Shown: positions 8,025 to 16,977 of the stretch, piece by piece
Numbering within the stretch: the first letter of the stretch is position 1
Layout: each line of letters begins with the position of its first letter
Source of the DNA: an uncultured Alphaproteobacteria bacterium
GTDB lineage: Bacteria > Pseudomonadota > Alphaproteobacteria > Rhizobiales > Hyphomicrobiaceae
NCBI GenBank assembly: GCA_963741525.1
Contig: CAVUIW010000002.1
Span: forward strand, 77,284-141,283
Direction of reading: 5' to 3'
DNA length: 64,000 bases
Notes under the pieces: generated by a model
Database searches by the model: none
Told to the model about the DNA's origin: nothing
The model's input: the letters and a program-made list of their open reading frames with translations, nothing else
Translations under genes and position numbers: made by a program

Positions 8025-10280
8025 CTAAACCACATCAGCTTTGCGCCGCTGGAACATCGCAAGCATCAACGCTGCCAGCATCAGCATCAGACCCAGCATC
8101 AGCATCAGCTCGTAGTTGGTCGCCGTCTTCGGCAGGTAGACGACCTGTTCGGCAGCGATCTGCTGTAGGGACTTGGGCCGAGGCCGCGCATCGATGGCGT
8201 CGATGAAGCCGGCGGGCAGGCCCGGATCGGCGGGCATGGCGTCGGCGCGCTGCTGCATGGTTTCGCCCTGCGGCCCGAACACCTTGTCGAAATCCCAGCC
8301 GGCCGGGAGATTGAGCGGGACATCAGCGCGCGTGATTTTCTGACCCTCGGGCCGGACGGGCGTCTTGTCGATCGCAACCAGGCTCGTAAGGCGCGACACC
8401 AGGTGATGGGCAAGTGCGAGCTTCAGGATCGCCGCGTCCGCCGCCTCGCGCGTCATCGAGCCGAGCGTGGCGGCCACTTCGTGATCGCCGATCCGCCGCC
8501 GCGCCCAGACTTGCGAGATGCCGAGACCGGGCTTGGCGCCGGAGAGCGGCAGCTTCACGGCCCAGGGCTGCTGGCCGATGGTGCCGCCGATCTCGAGGAT
8601 GCCGTCGAGCGTGTCGAGCTTGGCCGCCAGCACCAGCGGCTCGCCGCGATAGATGTCGGGGAGGAGGGCGGGTGTCATGTCGGCTTTCGCTTTGTCGAAG
8701 CGGGCCGCAAGGCCCGTAACCGCCGGGCTCTCGAGCTTGGCGAACAGAAGCTTCATGCGCTCGGCCACCTGCGCCTCCGAGGCGATATGGGTGAAGGTGC
8801 CGCGGCCGAGCTCGGACGCGCGAGTCATGAGATAGGTGTTCGGCGCCGAGCCGATGCCGACCATGAAGATGCGGGAGCGGCCGCGCCCCGAGGCGATGAC
8901 GTCGAAGAGCTGCTGCTCGTTGCCGATGGCGCCGTCGGTCAGGAACACGACCTGGCGGAGGAAGCTCGCGTCCGTTGGGCGTGGATCGGCGAGCGCGCGC
9001 TGCATCGGCGGTACCATCTCCGTGCCGCCGGACGCATCGAGCCGATCGACGAAGAGACGGGCGGTTGCGAGGTTGTTGGTGTCTGCTGCCACCGTGTCGG
9101 GAAACAGTGTGTCCATGGTGTCGTCGAAGCGGATGACGTTGAAGCGGTCCTCCGGCTTCAGGCGGCCAAGCGCATAGAGCAGGCTCGCCTTGGCATCGAC
9201 GATGGAGGTGCCGCCCATCGAGCCCGAATTGTCGATGACGAAGACGACCTCGCGCGGCAGCGGCTTTTCGGCGGATGCAACCGAAGGCGGGGTCACGACG
9301 GCGAGCACATAGTCCTCGCCGCCGATCGTCTCGCGGAACAGGCCGACAGCCGGCGCGCCACTCGATAGCGGCTTCCAAGTGATCTCGAAGTCGCGGTCGG
9401 CCGGGGCGGCACCGTCAGCGAGTGTGATCGTGCGGCTGGCCTCGCCGTCTTCGACGATTTTCACCTCGTGATGGTGGCTCTTCACCTCGCCGAGCGCGAA
9501 GCCGGCGTTGAGATGCACGGTGATGGTCGTCGGGTTGACGGGAGCGTGTTTTCTCGGATCGAGCACCGGGCTTGCGAGCCGGTCGCGATCCGGCACCGGA
9601 TCGACGAGCGCGCCCCAGCCTCCGCCTTGGCCGCTGCCGCCGAAGTCGACGGTCTGCACGATGGGCTTTGGCGAATAGCGCGGTCCAACGACCAGCGGCA
9701 GGCGGAGGGAGAAGGTGGCGTCCGAAAGCTGCACTGTCTCCTGATACTCGATCTGCACGACGATGCTCTCATGCGGCCCGATGTTGGCAACCGCATTCGT
9801 GAAAATATTCGGTCGCTCCTGCTCGACGAGGCTCGCCTTCTGTCCGGCGGCCTTGGCCTCGTCGTAGATGCGCTTGGCCTCTATCCGCTCCTTGATCTCA
9901 GCCGTGACGACACGATCGCCGATCACCATCTTCAACGTGTCGACGGCCGACTCCGAGGGCAGCGGGAAAACATAGACCGCTTCGACCCAGCCGTTCGTCG
10001 GATTGTAAAATCGCTGCGTCAGGCGGGTACGCGCCGTCGGGCCGGAGACGGTCACCTCGTAGTCGGAGCCCAACCGGGGCGCTTCGACGTACTGGCCCGG
10101 CACCTCGCTCTCAAGGAGGAGGGTGCCCATCTTCGCGTCTTCGATGCGCAGCGTCGGCGCCTCGCCGGCCATCGCCTGGAAGGCAGTCAGGATCAGCGCG
10201 ATGTGCGCGACGAAGAGGCCGGTGATGAGGATCAAAGTCGGCTTGATGGCGGCGAAGGCAGGTCTCGGCATGGCGGGCAT
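8025..10280 (-). CDS. Proteobacterial sortase target protein (VIT + von Willebrand A domains) with a C-terminal sorting signal
   Basis: 751 aa with a signal/anchor at the N-terminus and a vWA MIDAS-like VFVIDNSGSMGG. The C-terminus is LPKTAT, then a hydrophobic helix (NYELMLMLGLMLMLAALMLAMF), then the basic tail QRRKADVV. Confidence 0.8.
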   Translation of the reverse strand: MPAMPRPAFAAIKPTLILITGLFVAHIALILTAFQAMAGEAPTLRIEDAKMGTLLLESEVPGQYVEAPRLGSDYEVTVSGPTARTRLTQRFYNPTNGWVEAVYVFPLPSESAVDTLKMVIGDRVVTAEIKERIEAKRIYDEAKAAGQKASLVEQERPNIFTNAVANIGPHESIVVQIEYQETVQLSDATFSLRLPLVVGPRYSPKPIVQTVDFGGSGQGGGWGALVDPVPDRDRLASPVLDPRKHAPVNPTTITVHLNAGFALGEVKSHHHEVKIVEDGEASRTITLADGAAPADRDFEITWKPLSSGAPAVGLFRETIGGEDYVLAVVTPPSVASAEKPLPREVVFVIDNSGSMGGTSIVDAKASLLYALGRLKPEDRFNVIRFDDTMDTLFPDTVAADTNNLATARLFVDRLDASGGTEMVPPMQRALADPRPTDASFLRQVVFLTDGAIGNEQQLFDVIASGRGRSRIFMVGIGSAPNTYLMTRASELGRGTFTHIASEAQVAERMKLLFAKLESPAVTGLAARFDKAKADMTPALLPDIYRGEPLVLAAKLDTLDGILEIGGTIGQQPWAVKLPLSGAKPGLGISQVWARRRIGDHEVAATLGSMTREAADAAILKLALAHHLVSRLTSLVAIDKTPVRPEGQKITRADVPLNLPAGWDFDKVFGPQGETMQQRADAMPADPGLPAGFIDAIDARPRPKSLQQIAAEQVVYLPKTATNYELMLMLGLMLMLAALMLAMFQRRKADVV

Positions 10281-10473
10281 GAGGCTCCTCCTGGACCCGG
10301 TCTTGGGATGGCCGGTGCCTCAACTCCTGCGACCAACCCCTTGATTTCGCGAGCGTCATCTTGGGCGAGTTCCCTCACCGCCCGGCCGGAATCCGTACTC
10401 CCCGCCTTGCTGATGCCACGCTCGACCGGGTATGTACGGATTTGTCCGGGGCTGCCGGGAGGGAATCCGTCCA

Positions 10474-11247
10474 ATGAGCGACCATGCGTTGACCGAGATT
10501 TCGGCGGAGGACAGCCGTGTCCTCGCTGGTGCCATCCGCGAGGAGATCGCACGCCGCCGCATCACCCGCCAACGATTGGCAGACGAAGCGCGCATCAGTC
10601 TCTCGACGCTCGAGAAAGCGCTCTCCGGCCGCCGGCCCTTCACGCTTGCGACCATCGTCCGGCTCGAGGAAGCGCTGAAGGTGCGGCTGCGGAAGAGCAA
10701 TGGCACGACGACCACCGGGCTTGCGGCTTCGCCGCCTGCCGGCCTCGCCTCCGACGATCTCGGCAACTACTCCCGGCCGGCCGTCCAATGGCTCGAGGGC
10801 GATTACCTGACGCTGCGCCCCTCCTTTGGCGATCCGGTTGCGATCTATGCCTATCGAACGGAAATCCGCTGGAGCGAGGAGGCGTCGAGTCTCGTCTTCC
10901 GCGAGGCCGACCGGATCGACGCGGAGTTCACGCAGGGCGGCCACGTCTCGGTACCGCATCAGTCGGGCTATATCTATCTGGTGACCAACCGGCACGGACA
11001 GTATCGGCTGGTCATCGTCTCGCGCCCGACCATTTCCGGGGAGATGTACGGTATTCTCACCACCTTGCAGGTCGGTCGCGGCGCGCAGCTGATGCCGGTG
11101 TCGACGCCGATCGCACTGGTGCCGATGGCCAAGGCGAAGGTATCGCGCTTCGGGCGTATCGCGCCCTCCGACCGCGAGTACGGCCGCTACCGTGGTTACA
11201 TCCGCCGCACCATCGACGAGCAGTTCGCGAAGTTTCTTGCCGGTTGA
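10474..11247 (+). CDS. XRE-family HTH protein with an uncharacterised C-terminal domain
   Basis: IARRRITRQRLADEARISLSTLEKALSGRRPFTLATIVRLEEAL matches an HTH_3 pattern. The gene is divergent from the sortase-target gene. The start was chosen at MSDHALTE. Confidence 0.6.
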   Translation: MSDHALTEISAEDSRVLAGAIREEIARRRITRQRLADEARISLSTLEKALSGRRPFTLATIVRLEEALKVRLRKSNGTTTTGLAASPPAGLASDDLGNYSRPAVQWLEGDYLTLRPSFGDPVAIYAYRTEIRWSEEASSLVFREADRIDAEFTQGGHVSVPHQSGYIYLVTNRHGQYRLVIVSRPTISGEMYGILTTLQVGRGAQLMPVSTPIALVPMAKAKVSRFGRIAPSDREYGRYRGYIRRTIDEQFAKFLAG

Positions 11248-11302
11248 GTTGCAGTCGGACGAGGCTTACGTCCATAACGGCGCCTTCGCCCGAGGACTAC
11301 TG

Positions 11303-11917
11303 ATGGATTTCCCTGCCTTCAATGAAGCGCCGATGACTTGGGCCATTTTGGTTCTGACGGTCGCAGTCAGCGTCTTCGCGTTTTCCCGGCCGAGCCTGAT
11401 CGATCGTCTCATCTTTGATGTCGGCGCGATCCTGCGCCACAAGGAGGACGACCGGCTCATCACCTCGGGCTTCCTCCATGGCGACGTCATGCATTTGCTG
11501 GTCAACATGCTGACATTGATCAGCTTTGGTCCGCTGCTGGAGAGCCAGCTCGGCAGTTTGAAGTTTCTGGCGCTCTATCTGGGTTCGATGATCGTCGCTT
11601 CGCTGGTGATGCTTTGGGCCAAGAAGCACAACATGACTTATCGCGCGCTCGGCGCATCGGGCGCGACCTGCGGCATCGTCTTCGCTTTCTGCCTGTTCGC
11701 GCCGTTCGCGGGCCTCTACATCTTCTTCGCGCCCGTTGCCGTCCCGGCGCTGCTCTATGCCGTGCTGTTCGTCGCCTATTCGAGTTTCGCCACGAGCGGG
11801 ATGGGCGATGGCATTGCACACGAGGCCCATCTGGGCGGCGCGGCCGGCGGCGTTCTGCTGACGATCCTGCTCGAGCCCACGGCGCTGACGAGCTTTCTCG
11901 GGCAGGTGTTTGGATAG
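11303..11917 (+). CDS. Rhomboid-family intramembrane serine protease
   Basis: Multiple TM helices, HGDVMHLLVNM, the catalytic GASGATCG motif and a downstream HLGG motif. The ATG at 11303 begins MDFPAFNE. Confidence 0.8.
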   Translation: MDFPAFNEAPMTWAILVLTVAVSVFAFSRPSLIDRLIFDVGAILRHKEDDRLITSGFLHGDVMHLLVNMLTLISFGPLLESQLGSLKFLALYLGSMIVASLVMLWAKKHNMTYRALGASGATCGIVFAFCLFAPFAGLYIFFAPVAVPALLYAVLFVAYSSFATSGMGDGIAHEAHLGGAAGGVLLTILLEPTALTSFLGQVFG

Positions 11918-11970
11918 TTCGTTCTTGCATTGCCCCAGGATAACCATCTCCTCGTGCTGAGGATCGAAGG

Positions 11971-12495
11971 ATGACGATAGACACCAGCAAGACCATCGAG
12001 GTCCGAGGCTCGCGGCTGAAGCTCGTGCTGCTCGGCATCCTCGGCACCGCCATGACGGCAGGATGCGCCTGGGTCGCCTGGGCCGGCCTCGCCAGTCCCG
12101 GCAGCTTCGCACAGCTGGCGATCTGGATCGGCGTGCCGTTCTTTGGATTGTGCACGCTGATTGGGCTTAGGCGCCTCTTCACCGCCGAGCACGTCGTGCT
12201 GATGCTTTCGCCTGAGGGAATCCGCGACACGCGTGTCGCCGCGGAGGTTATTCCCTGGGCAGCCGTGAGGGGGCTCGGCACCTGGGCAATGCAGGGTCAG
12301 AAAGTCCTCGTCCTCGATGTCGACCCGGAGGCGGAGAAGCGATTGACGTTGACTCGGATGGCCCGTTGGACGCGAGGCGCAAACGCGAAGCTCGGCGCGG
12401 ATGGGCTTTGCATCGCGGCAACGGGCCTGGAAATCGGCTACGACGCCTTGCTCGATGCAGCGACGGCCTACACCGAGGCCGCGCATCGGCAATAA
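11971..12495 (+). CDS. Hypothetical membrane protein (two N-terminal TM helices plus a soluble domain)
   Basis: 174-aa ORF with good coding character. No motif recognised. Confidence 0.45.
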   Translation: MTIDTSKTIEVRGSRLKLVLLGILGTAMTAGCAWVAWAGLASPGSFAQLAIWIGVPFFGLCTLIGLRRLFTAEHVVLMLSPEGIRDTRVAAEVIPWAAVRGLGTWAMQGQKVLVLDVDPEAEKRLTLTRMARWTRGANAKLGADGLCIAATGLEIGYDALLDAATAYTEAAHRQ

Positions 12496-12583
12496 ACTCG
12501 CCGGCGTCGAAGCAGAGACCTTAACTTGACCCTAAGCTCGCTTCGCTAGCTTCAGCCCCTCACAGCTTGCGCAGGGGTCAGCC

Positions 12584-13375
12584 GTGGAGCATCCGTTAAA
12601 ACTCGTCTCGGATCGCAACGATGCGGTCGCGGGGATGGCCGTCGCGCTCGACGGCGTCCGCAAGGCCTTTGGGCCGAAGCTCGCGGTCTCCGGCATGTCG
12701 CTCGACGTCCGGCCGGGCGAGCTTTATGCGTTGCTCGGACCGAACGGCGCCGGCAAGACGACAACGCTCAGGATGATCGCCGGCCTCATGCAGCCGGACG
12801 CCGGATCGATCCGCATCTTCGGTATCGACGCGCTCGCCAATCCGATTGAAGCCAAGCGCATCACCGCCTGGCTTCCCGACGAGCCAATGCTCTACGACAA
12901 GCTCACCCCCCTCGAGTATCTCGAGTTCGTCGCCGGCCTCTGGGGCGTGCCGCCGGACATCGCGCAACCCCGCGCCATCGAGCTGCTCGATGCCCTCGAG
13001 CTCGGTCCTCATCGCGACCGCCGCTCGGAAGGCTTTTCGCGCGGCATGAAGCAGAAGTTGGCACTCGCTGGCGCGCTCATCCACGATCCAAAGCTCATCA
13101 TGCTCGACGAGCCGCTGACCGGCATCGATGCGGGAGCGGCGCGGCAGGTCAAGGACCTCCTCAGGGCGCGCGTGGCGGCGGGCGCCACGATCATTCTGAC
13201 GACGCATATCCTCGAGGTCGCCGAGCGTATGGCCGACCGCATCGGCATCGTCGATCGCGGCCGGCTCGCCGCCGAGGGCACGCTGGATGAGCTCAAGTGG
13301 CTGGCCGGTCCCAACCAGAAAACGCTCGAGGACGTATTCCTGTCGCTGACCCGGCCCGGTGCGCTCGCGTCATGA
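12584..13375 (+). CDS. ABC transporter ATP-binding protein
   Basis: Walker A GPNGAGKTT, signature FSRGMKQKLALA and Walker B LIMLDEP. The start is GTG 12584 or ATG 12635. Confidence 0.85.
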   Translation: MEHPLKLVSDRNDAVAGMAVALDGVRKAFGPKLAVSGMSLDVRPGELYALLGPNGAGKTTTLRMIAGLMQPDAGSIRIFGIDALANPIEAKRITAWLPDEPMLYDKLTPLEYLEFVAGLWGVPPDIAQPRAIELLDALELGPHRDRRSEGFSRGMKQKLALAGALIHDPKLIMLDEPLTGIDAGAARQVKDLLRARVAAGATIILTTHILEVAERMADRIGIVDRGRLAAEGTLDELKWLAGPNQKTLEDVFLSLTRPGALAS

Positions 13376-14985
13376 AAGTCACGTCCGGCAGCTTTCCCTG
13401 GCTGGTCCGTCACGAGATGCGGCTGGCCTGGCGCGAGGTCGCAAGCCTCGTGGCGTTCTCGCGCCCGCGGCTGATGGTGCCGCTCGCGCTGCTCGGTATC
13501 GCTATCATTCACATCCTTGCCGTGCCGCTCGTGGAGGTGCTCGATCCCTATCTGCACGGCCGGGGCGTCAGCATCTCCGCGCTGGCCACGATCGTTGGCG
13601 CGACCTTTACATGGATGATGGCGCAAGGTGTCTTCGGCCTGACGCGAACCCTCTACAACCGGACGGATCTCGATCTGCTGCTGGGGTCCCCGCTCGATGC
13701 CGCACGGATCATCGCCGCGAAAGTCATGGCCATCGCGGTGGGCTCACTCGGCTCGGTCTCGCTGCTGCTGGTGCCGATTGCCAACACCGGTGCCATTACG
13801 GATGGCTGGCACTGGCTTGCCGTTTATCCCGTGCTGATCTCGCTCGCATTGCTGGCGACGGCGCTGGGATTGACGGTGGTGGTGACGCTGTTTTTCCTGA
13901 TTGGCGCACGCCGGGCGCGGCTCTGGTCGCATTTCGCCGCCGCCGGCATCGCCGGCCTCTTCGTGCTCGGCGCCCAGATCGTCGCCATGCTGCCGGAGCA
14001 CATCCGCGGCAGCATCACGTCGACGGTCGATGCCGCTATCTACCACCGCTCCGGCGTGTTCGGCGGATTCCTCGGTTTCATCGTTTCCGCCGTGCAGGCG
14101 GACCTCTTCGCGAGCGTCATGCTAGTGTCGCTCGCGATTTTGATTTTTGCTCTCGCCGTCATCGGGCTCGGCGGGCGCTTCGCGGCGGCCAACCTCGCGG
14201 CATCGGGCGTGGAGGCGGGCGGAGTACACCACGAGGCCCGGCCGCCGAGGGCGTTCCGCGGTGGCGTCGCCCGCACGCTCAGGATGAAGGAATGGCGGCT
14301 GCTGCTGCGCGATCCGAGCTTCTTCGCCCAACTCGCCATGCAGATTGTCTACACCATTCCGATCGCTGTCGTGCTGGTGCGCTCCGAGATGCTGTCGCTG
14401 GCGCTTTCGCTCGGACCGACCATTGTCATGATCGCGGCCCAGGTGTCGGGCGCCATCGCCTGGATCACGGTCTCGGGCGAGGACGCGCCGGAACTCATCC
14501 AATCGGCGCCGGTCAGCCGGACATCGGTCGACACGGCCAAGCTCGGAGCGGTGACGCTTCCCGTCCTGGCGATCCTCGCGCTGCCGATCGCGGGGCTGGC
14601 GATTGCCGCTCCGCTCTCGGCCCTCGTCGTCCTGGCTTTCGCGGCAATGGCCGGCACGACGACCGCCCTCGTCAACTTCTGGCATCCGCTGCCCGGCAAC
14701 CGCCGTGGCATGCTCCGCCGCCATTCCCAATCGAAGCTGATCGGGTTGATCGAGCACGGCCTCGCCATGCTGTGGGCCTTCGCGGTCGTCTTCGCGCTGA
14801 TGGGATCGATGGTGGTCGCGTGCCCTCTGGCATTGATCCTCATCGTTCTGGGGCTCAGCCGCCGGCTGGGCCCCAGACACCAGGATCGGACCGCGGTCCA
14901 ACCGCAACCGGTGACCGTCCTTGCTGGCCAGACGGCACAAGCACAGGCAGTCCACCGCCTGTGGAAAACCGCATTTGACCGTTGA
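13372..14985 (+). CDS. Large polytopic ABC-associated permease (putative exporter membrane subunit)
   Basis: The ATG at 13372 overlaps the ATPase stop (ATGA). About 537 aa and very hydrophobic, with 10 or more predicted helices. Confidence 0.65.
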   Translation: MKVTSGSFPWLVRHEMRLAWREVASLVAFSRPRLMVPLALLGIAIIHILAVPLVEVLDPYLHGRGVSISALATIVGATFTWMMAQGVFGLTRTLYNRTDLDLLLGSPLDAARIIAAKVMAIAVGSLGSVSLLLVPIANTGAITDGWHWLAVYPVLISLALLATALGLTVVVTLFFLIGARRARLWSHFAAAGIAGLFVLGAQIVAMLPEHIRGSITSTVDAAIYHRSGVFGGFLGFIVSAVQADLFASVMLVSLAILIFALAVIGLGGRFAAANLAASGVEAGGVHHEARPPRAFRGGVARTLRMKEWRLLLRDPSFFAQLAMQIVYTIPIAVVLVRSEMLSLALSLGPTIVMIAAQVSGAIAWITVSGEDAPELIQSAPVSRTSVDTAKLGAVTLPVLAILALPIAGLAIAAPLSALVVLAFAAMAGTTTALVNFWHPLPGNRRGMLRRHSQSKLIGLIEHGLAMLWAFAVVFALMGSMVVACPLALILIVLGLSRRLGPRHQDRTAVQPQPVTVLAGQTAQAQAVHRLWKTAFDR

Positions 14986-14986
14986 C

Positions 14987-15021
14987 GCCCATAATGGCCC
15001 ATTCTATCCCATGACAGCCCA
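14987..15021 (+). promoter_or_regulatory. Four direct (G/T)CCCA boxes at exact 10-bp phasing upstream of mraZ; candidate MraZ operator
   Basis: GCCCA at 14987, GCCCA at 14997, TCCCA at 15007 and GCCCA at 15017 (complement TGGGC/TGGGA), about 140 nt upstream of the mraZ ATG. A TTGACG -35-like hexamer sits at 14982. Confidence 0.45.
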
Positions 15022-15162
15022 ATGACGAACGGCGCTCCCCCGGGATCGGCCTGACAGCGTTGGGCTCCGGCTTGAGGGAGCCGGGCGGAGTTGCGCGGCC
15101 CGAGAGATCGGACCGGTCGGATCGTCCAAGCGTCGGGATCGGAGCGAAGGGCCTTCACGGGG

Positions 15163-15624
15163 ATGGATCGCTTTGTCTCGACATTCACGAACAAGATCGA
15201 CGCCAAGGGGCGGGTCTCGATCCCTGCCAATTTTCGCGAGGTTCTGGCCCGCGACGGCTATGATGGGGGCATCTACTGCTACCCCTCGCTCGACGCTCCG
15301 GCTCTCGATGCTGGCGGCGAGAGATTGGCGAAAAAAATCGACGGCCTCCTCGAAGGTCTCGAGCCGTATTCGGACGAGCGGGACGAGCTCTCTGTCGCGC
15401 TCTACGGCGATGTGCAAATTCTCAAGATCGATCAGGATGGGCGTATCGTGCTCCCCGATGATCTCAAAAGTCACGCCGGGATCGCTGCTCAGGTTACATT
15501 TGTCGGCATGGGTCAGAAATTCCAGATCTGGGAGCCCGGGCGCTTTGAAGCCTATCGCAACGCCGCGCGCGACAAGGTTCGCGATCACCGGCGGCTCCTT
15601 GGCGCGGGCGGAGCGACAGAATGA
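15163..15624 (+). CDS. mraZ: Division/cell-wall cluster transcriptional regulator MraZ
   Basis: [28 protein letters not shown] plus a second SpoVT/AbrB-like repeat ([12 protein letters not shown]). It overlaps the rsmH start. Confidence 0.9.
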   Translation: MDRFVSTFTNKIDAKGRVSIPANFREVLARDGYDGGIYCYPSLDAPALDAGGERLAKKIDGLLEGLEPYSDERDELSVALYGDVQILKIDQDGRIVLPDDLKSHAGIAAQVTFVGMGQKFQIWEPGRFEAYRNAARDKVRDHRRLLGAGGATE

Positions 15625-16613
15625 GCGCACGCCACACGCCCGTGCTGTTGTCCGAGGTGATCACGGCGCTGGCGCCGATCGGGGCCCGAGACTTCATTGA
15701 TGGTACCTTCGGCGCCGGCGGCTACACGTCGGCGCTGCTCGATGCTGGAGCCGCGCGCGTCGTTGCCATCGACCGCGATCCGCACGCGATCTGCGGCGGG
15801 CTCGATCTGCTTGCCGCGAACCCCGGACGGCTGACGCTCCGCCAAGGCTGCTTCCGCGATCTCGAGCGCTACGCCGCCGAAGCCGGCCTCTCGGGCGCCG
15901 ACGGTGTGGTGCTCGACATCGGCGTCTCCTCCATGCAGATCGATGATCCCGAGCGCGGCTTCTCCTTCCAGGCCGACGGACCACTCGACATGCGCATGTC
16001 GGAAACCGGTCCTTCTGCCGCCGATGTCGTCAACACGGCAAGCGAGGCCGATCTCGCCGATATCATCTTTCATCTGGGCGAGGAGCGCCGCTCCCGCGCC
16101 ATTGCCCGCGCCATCGCCGCCGACCGCGTCGCCCAGCCATTCACCCGGACATCCGAACTCGCCGGCTTGATCGAGCGCATCATCGGCCGTGGCCGGGAGC
16201 CCGGCCGGCACCCGGCGACCCGCGCCTTCCAGGCGCTGCGCATCTTCGTCAACGACGAGCTCGGCGAGCTGGCGGAGGCGCTTGTCGCCGCCGAGCGGCT
16301 GCTCAATCCCGATGGCCGCCTCGCCGTCGTCACCTTTCATTCGCTCGAGGACCGCATCGTCAAGACGTTCCTCAAAGCACGCGCCGGTCTCGAAGCGGCA
16401 CCGTCCCGCCACGCCGTTCCCGTCGCTAGCGCCAGCCGGCCCCCGTCTTTCCGATTCGTTAACCATCGGCCTTTATCTCCGTCGGACGAGGAGATCGCGC
16501 GCAACCCGCGCGCCCGCTCCGCGCGGCTTCGGTGGGCCGTCCGGACGGCGGCACCGGCCTGGGGTGGGCCATTCAGGCCGCCGGGCACCGAATATGGGGC
16601 GGCAAGGGCCTGA
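15621..16613 (+). CDS. rsmH: 16S rRNA (cytosine1402-N4)-methyltransferase
   Basis: [31 protein letters not shown] and [14 protein letters not shown] motifs, positioned after mraZ. Confidence 0.9.
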   Translation: MSARHTPVLLSEVITALAPIGARDFIDGTFGAGGYTSALLDAGAARVVAIDRDPHAICGGLDLLAANPGRLTLRQGCFRDLERYAAEAGLSGADGVVLDIGVSSMQIDDPERGFSFQADGPLDMRMSETGPSAADVVNTASEADLADIIFHLGEERRSRAIARAIAADRVAQPFTRTSELAGLIERIIGRGREPGRHPATRAFQALRIFVNDELGELAEALVAAERLLNPDGRLAVVTFHSLEDRIVKTFLKARAGLEAAPSRHAVPVASASRPPSFRFVNHRPLSPSDEEIARNPRARSARLRWAVRTAAPAWGGPFRPPGTEYGAARA

Positions 16614-16641
16614 AGCCCGCAGGCCCCCGGGAGTGAGGGGC

Positions 16642-16968
16642 ATGCAACGCCTGAAGCAGCTCTTGGCTTCGCTCTCGATCCTCGCCGCGGGGGCATCCGC
16701 CGTGGGCCTCTATGCGATCAAGCTGGAGACACGTGTCGTCGCCGCCGAGGTGGCGCGGCTCGAAGCTGCGATCGCCAAGCAGGAGGCCGAGATGGTGGTT
16801 CTCAAGGCCGAGCTCGCCAACCGCACGCGCCCCGATCGCATCGCCAAGCTCGCCCGCAAGCATCTCGGCATGAAGCCCGTGTCGCCGGCGCAGCTTGGCC
16901 AGCTCGACAAGTTGCCCTGGCGCGAAGGCGTGGTCGCCGAGGACCGAACCAAGACCGTGTCGCCTTAG
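16642..16968 (+). CDS. ftsL: FtsL-like cell division protein
   Basis: About 108 aa, with a single TM helix then a coiled coil (AAEVARLEAAIAKQEAEMVVLKAEL). The gene lies between rsmH and ftsI. Confidence 0.6.
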   Translation: MQRLKQLLASLSILAAGASAVGLYAIKLETRVVAAEVARLEAAIAKQEAEMVVLKAELANRTRPDRIAKLARKHLGMKPVSPAQLGQLDKLPWREGVVAEDRTKTVSP

Positions 16969-16977
16969 GAGGTCAGT

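Noticed and set aside
8323-11303. Long overlapping ORFs such as 8323..9378(-), 8403..9368(+) and 9468..11303(+). Similar ones occur elsewhere: 13359..14978(+), 16573..17586(-), 28082..29263(-), 33843..34255(+), 57136..58686(-), 59830..61077(+) and 62400..63335(+).
   Set aside because: They are Arg/Ala/Pro/Gly-rich out-of-frame or antisense products, typical of high-GC DNA. Each overlaps a gene with strong family motifs.
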